The position numbers and the translations under genes are program-made. This document shows positions 61,301 to 64,000 of a stretch of 64,000 nucleotides of DNA, one piece after another. How positions within the stretch are numbered: the first letter of the stretch is position 1; the number at the start of each line of letters is the position of its first letter. The notes below the pieces were generated by a model that was not told where the DNA came from, searched no databases, and saw nothing but the letters and a program-made list of their open reading frames with translations. This stretch comes from Haliotis rufescens. Its lineage: Eukaryota. Where the stretch lies: positions 2,480,001-2,544,000 of the forward strand of contig NW_025964268.1 of NCBI RefSeq assembly GCF_023055435.1, given 5' to 3'.

Positions 61301-62687
61301 CAGACTGTTATAGATATATGTTCATCTTTAATAGATTCAGTCTCATAAAAGTCAGATATTTTATTCCGAAACGATACATCTCTGCATTAAGATATGAGGA
61401 CACCTTCATAATAGCCATGAACATCCAAAAGGGAGTGCCGTTGATCGAATGTTTGTGTTCTCTATGGGATTTTCATATGTACAAATCGGAATCCGAATCG
61501 TTTTAGAAAGCTGCATCTTTCGACACAAGTCCCCATGCAGCTTAATCTAGATTGGGCGGTCAAAGTTCACGTGCCGCCTCTTCCCGCGGAGGTGTCCTCC
61601 GATCTGGGTGAGGCATGATGTCGGAGTAACAGATGTTATTTAAATGAGATGATTGAAGTGTATTGAATATAAAATATGTCTTTCTTTTCAGTATTCTACG
61701 AGAGCAGAATGACCAAGGGACGTATCTTGTGCGGAAGTCCCGTACGAATGACCAGAAGGTGCTCCAATCTTCCGATTTTGCATACTTGTAAAACTTTATG
61801 ATAATATAATACATTTTCATTAATAAATATCTAACCGGAAACGGCCTTGTGTGAGGGTCAAGGTACTGGGTAATCCTAAACAGAACTCAAGTGTATTTTC
61901 TGGAAGAGGACACTTCTGAAAGTACGGTGAGGTTAAATATCTGTTTTGCTTTCTTTGTTTAGGTGCTTTCTGTAATGACCGAAGATGCCGTCATCAAGGA
62001 ATACAAAATTTTGCAAAAGGTGAGGAGTATAATGAAAGTGGACATCGAAACGGTTGTCATCATTTTCAGTGAATCTGACAATAAATGGACAGATTATTCA
62101 GTCGATTTTAAAATTGACTGATTTTACGCTGATAACATATATATCTATGTTTCATTTTACATTAGTATTTTCATATTTCTATGATTTGTTGAATCCATGT
62201 CAGGCTTTCTAAAACTTTTGAATCAAAACTCAAACCACATCTTTTCCATCACTTGGCTGAGGCAGATACCTAGATGAAGGAACTGTTCAGGGGCACTGTG
62301 CCACGTACCACTTTACCGCCATCTATATAAGTTGATTTAGTGTTCAACTGTAGCGCTTTGAACGAACACCGAGTATATTATTATTATTATTATTATTGTT
62401 GTTACTATTACGACGACGACGATGATGATGATGATTATTATTATAATAATAACCTGCTTCACTTTCATGACTAAAATACTGTTCAAAGGGGCGTTAGACC
62501 AAGGTCACTCACTCACCAATCTAATAGAAAAACGTTTTCATTATTTCAGGAGAAACAGGTTACGATTAACAACCGCGACTACTACAAGTCTGTGGGAGAT
62601 CTACTCGTTGCCTATCATGCGAAGCCACTACCGAACAGAACCACTTCTTTAGGGAGAGCGTATAGTTCCACGGATCTCCGACCGTGA
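46266..62687 (+). CDS. SH3BP2: SH3 domain-binding protein 2 (3BP2)-like adaptor; join(46266-46323,48332-48457,48717-48819,51798-51909,53451-53509,54078-54094,54855-54947,55524-55672,56584-56765,61692-61758,61963-62019,62550-62687), 1161 nt, 386 aa
   Basis: Manual splicing with GT-AG introns and consistent phases gives one open frame. N-terminal PH domain (IPEPYTGLGAQPLL...GFLRKRG...WRQRFVVISQGCIYCYSSETAGRPLQAFTLKGYNR...TWMKAFREEM) resembles vertebrate 3BP2 as I recall it (WPVPMKAIGAQNLL...GYLHKKG...[35 protein letters not shown]...SWMALLRREI). It is followed by an acidic/Pro-rich linker and a C-terminal SH2 (GTYLVRKS...KVLSV...KEYKI...SVGDLLVAYH...LP). Orthology is recognised from memory, not from a search. 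Confidence 0.9.
46957..47433 (+). mobile_element. SINE family A copy preceded by four tandem 52-bp copies of its own head
   Basis: GTGAAGATC recurs at 46957, 47009, 47061, 47113 and 47165. Confidence 0.9.
47643..47793 (+). mobile_element. SINE family B copy
   Basis: TSD TGATAGT(A/G)AAGCG; ACTC tail. Confidence 0.85.
47962..48126 (-). mobile_element. SINE family B copy
   Basis: Full reverse copy; TSD-like G(T/C)AATGTGGA. Confidence 0.85.
48190..48316 (+). mobile_element. SINE family B degraded copy ending 15 nt before exon 2
   Basis: GGGGTAGCC head; GGCGTAAAACCCTACTCACTCACTCAC tail. Confidence 0.78.
48332..48457 (+). CDS. SH3BP2: SH3BP2-like exon 2, PH beta1 (GAQPLLQHHPPRHTGFLRKRGKRERMLESFRLTRPLLGRVLRW)
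   Basis: ttccag| acceptor, T|gtaagt donor, phase 1/1. Confidence 0.9.
48717..48819 (+). CDS. SH3BP2: SH3BP2-like exon 3, PH (WRQRFVVISQGCIYCYSSETAGRPLQAFTLKGYNR)
   Basis: tttcag| acceptor, AG|gtaaac donor, phase 1/2; strongest resemblance to the 3BP2 PH domain. Confidence 0.93.
49510..51797. repeat. ~37-45-bp intronic satellite (GTAAACCGTATT(CACT)nCACCTACCTCCTTACTCTACT), split by ~1 kb of unclassified sequence at ~50500-51500
   Basis: Direct periodicity; the last unit ends in the exon-4 acceptor. Confidence 0.93.
51798..51909 (+). CDS. SH3BP2: SH3BP2-like exon 4, PH (RLLAMDEEPSTPWAFRISSPDETAKVHYFSCVSDVDRM)
   Basis: ctactgtag| acceptor, ATG|gtaatg donor, phase 2/0; PH beta6-beta7 pattern. 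Confidence 0.9.
52239..53399. repeat. 22-bp intronic satellite (GAGTAACCACACAGTAACCCCC), ~53 copies
   Basis: Direct periodicity. Confidence 0.95.
53451..53509 (+). CDS. SH3BP2: SH3BP2-like exon 5, PH C-terminal helix (TWMKAFREEMMLANKVKDDR)
   Basis: ttgaag| acceptor, CG|gtgaga donor, phase 0/2; conserved PH Trp. Confidence 0.88.
53581..53690 (-). mobile_element. SINE family A, 3' half
   Basis: Tail and body match; interrupted by a family-2 DNA transposon. Confidence 0.75.
53691..53900 (-). mobile_element. Family 2 truncated copy (right arm) abutting a truncated SINE
   Basis: CAATCTCACTAAAATC start; matches the reverse complement of ~16580-16740. Confidence 0.7.
54078..54094 (+). CDS. SH3BP2: SH3BP2-like 17-nt micro-exon 6 (R-YGDKA-E)
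   Basis: tattcag|GTACGGTGATAAAGCAG|gtaacc bridges the phase-2 end of exon 5 to the phase-1 start at 54855. Confidence 0.65.
54855..54947 (+). CDS. SH3BP2: SH3BP2-like exon 7, acidic Tyr motif (EDSDEEEDDSDYDQINDLDLEKARRPRIPLP)
   Basis: attcag| acceptor, C|gtgagt donor, phase 1/1. Confidence 0.82.
54972..55148 (-). mobile_element. SINE family C (V-domain-like TTTCCTCCCAC core, ACTC tail); related copies at ~9455-9602 (-) and ~12800-12850 (-)
   Basis: Clear similarity between ~9476-9590 and ~55021-55145; shared GGCGTTAA tail. Confidence 0.7.
55524..55672 (+). CDS. SH3BP2: SH3BP2-like exon 8, Pro/Lys-rich (PTPDDPAYKEV...KKPLPTPHKPK...TYINSPKHTSTKTNS)
   Basis: tttcctag| acceptor, AGT|gtacgt donor, phase 1/0. 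Confidence 0.8.
56026..56120. mobile_element. 95-bp MITE, Tc1/mariner/pogo-type ends
   Basis: TIR CAGTAAGCTACGGTTATAACGAAC / GTTCGTTATAACCGTAGTTTACTG (1 mismatch), TA on both sides. Confidence 0.85.
56584..56765 (+). CDS. SH3BP2: SH3BP2-like exon 9, Pro-rich region and SH2 start (LPAQASS...PPKPKTKPKPTSP...EYFFPESDRDKALS)
   Basis: ttatttag| acceptor, TC|gtgagt donor, phase 0/2. Confidence 0.85.
56981..60345. repeat. 55-bp intronic satellite, ~61 copies
   Basis: TAGTCAGTCTCTGTCACCTGGTTGGCTGTGTATCATCTTCCCCCAGTAGCCTCTG. Confidence 0.97.
60348..60555 (+). mobile_element. SINE family A copy near the end of the 55-bp array
   Basis: Body matches the family; a partial array unit resumes at ~60586. 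Confidence 0.8.
60970..61283 (-). mobile_element. SINE family A, degraded, with duplicated head
   Basis: Family body followed by two diverged head copies. Confidence 0.7.
61692..61758 (+). CDS. SH3BP2: SH3BP2-like exon 10, SH2 (SILREQNDQGTYLVRKSRTNDQK)
   Basis: ttttcag| acceptor, AAG|gtgctc donor; GTYLVRKS is an SH2 FLVRES-type signature. Confidence 0.9.
61963..62019 (+). CDS. SH3BP2: SH3BP2-like exon 11, SH2 (VLSVMTEDAVIKEYKILQK)
   Basis: tgtttag| acceptor, AAG|gtgagg donor, phase 0/0. Confidence 0.9.
62550..62687 (+). CDS. SH3BP2: SH3BP2-like last coding exon (EKQVTINNRDYYKSVGDLLVAYHAKPLPNRTTSLGRAYSSTDLRP*)
   Basis: tttcag| acceptor; SH2 alphaB-like helix; TGA at 62685-62687. Confidence 0.9.
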   Translation, partial: EKQVTINNRDYYKSVGDLLVAYHAKPLPNRTTSLGRAYSSTDLRP

Positions 62688-63197
62688 GGGATCTCCATGA
62701 CTGGGCAGATACTGGCCACGTCTCATGGTTACAGATTTATAGACATTTATTTGCTCAACAACTTGGATGACCGGGGTTATTATGACGCGTCTATGGAGTC
62801 GACTGAGATAGTTTCCCTTCAAGATACAGGGTTGTCTCCCTTCCTGGAGAGTGCATCCAGACTGTGGTCTTGTGTTGTGGATACACCATAACAATTTCAT
62901 CAATATATAATATTTTTTCTCGTCAACTTTAGGGAAGTCATAGGTGCCACAGAGATTCAACCACGCTTGTTCTAATGCCTGTTAGTATTTTTTGTCTTAA
63001 TGGAAATCTCGTGTCACATCGAGACCTATTTGCGCTCTTGTATACGTTTTACCACTTGTTGGAGACGATGTACTGATAGAAACCATTCGTAACCAACTCC
63101 TGCCATTCCGGGACTATCCGAATGGAGACTCGTGCCCTTCTCGAAGAATTCCATATTGGCGCCCTTTGTCACCAGTCTCACCTTTCCGTTATATACA

Positions 63198-64000
63198 ACA
63201 TGTTTAGATCGTCATGTTTAGCACGATGAAGGGAAAGCTTTGTCTTTGTACATGTTTAGATATGTTTAGCACGATGAAGAGAGAGCTTTGTCTTTGTACA
63301 TGTTGAGATCGTTATGTTCAGCACGATTAAGGGAAAGCTTTGTCTTTGTACATGTTTAGATCGTCATGTTTAGCACGATGAAGGGAAAGCTTTGTCTTTG
63401 TACATGTTTAGATCGTTATGTTCAGCACGATGAAGGGAAAGCTTTGTCTCTGTACATGTTAAGATCGTTATGTTTAGCACGATGAAGGGAAAGCTTTGTC
63501 TTTGTACATGTTTAGATCGTCTTCAGCACGATGAAGGTAAAGCTTTGTCTCTGTACATGTTTAGATCGTCATGTTTAGCACGATGAAGGGAAAGCTTTGT
63601 CTTTGTACGTGTTTAGATCGTCATGTTTAGCAAGATGAAGGGAAAGCTTTGTCTCTGTACATGTGTAGATCGTTATGTTTAGTCACAATAAAGAGAAAGC
63701 TTTGTCTTTGTACACGTTTAGATAGTCTTCAGCACGATGAAGAGAAAGCTGTGTCTTTGTACATGTTTAGATCGTCATGTTTAGCACGATGAAGGGAAAG
63801 CTTTGTCTTTGTACATGTTCAGATCGTTATGTTCAGCACGATGAAGGGAAAGCTTTGTTTTTTAACAAGTTTAGATCGTTATGTTCAGCACGATGAAGGG
63901 AAAGCTTTATCTTTGTAAATGTTTAGATCGTCTTCAGGACGATGAAGGGAAAGCTTTGTCTTTGTACATGTTTAGATCGTCATGTTTAGCACGATGAAGG
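63198..64000. repeat. 52-bp satellite running off the window end
   Basis: AAGCTTTGTCTTTGTACATGTTTAGATCGTCATGTTTAGCACGATGAAGGGA. Confidence 0.95.

Noticed and set aside
63198-64000. GATGA-AGG-GAAA in the 52-bp unit resembling a minimal hammerhead ribozyme or retrozyme
   Set aside because: The core reads ACGAUGA, not CUGANGA, and I could not form the flanking helices.

Overview
This is repeat-rich animal (eukaryotic) DNA. A mollusc such as abalone is likely, but that is inferred from the SINE make-up and not proven. No prokaryotic features, CRISPR array, rRNA or intact tRNA were seen. One protein-coding gene was reconstructed by hand: a 12-coding-exon SH3BP2 (3BP2)-like adaptor on the + strand (46266-62687, ~386 aa; PH domain, acidic/Tyr and Pro-rich linker, SH2 domain). 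All GT-AG junctions are phase-compatible if a 17-nt micro-exon is included; the ORF track misses the gene almost entirely. The rest is mobile DNA and satellites. It includes a young Tc1 DD34E transposon with one nonsense codon, an older Tc1 relic, two long-TIR non-autonomous DNA transposon families, at least four SINE families sharing a 3' tail, LINE fragments and more than ten tandem arrays. One DNA transposon family has a 9-bp TSD and a RecQ-type helicase remnant, so it is AcademH-like. The very long mucin-like ORFs are probably by-products of triplet-based satellites. The most unusual observations are: (i) an intronic satellite whose unit is a SINE tail plus the intron's own polypyrimidine tract, with only the last copy ending in the acceptor AG; (ii) SINE (ACTC)n tails at branch-point distance from several acceptors; (iii) a non-tRNA SINE with precise 5' ends and a predicted pseudoknotted head that also seeded a new tandem array; (iv) a satellite module copied locally between 31-bp direct repeats.
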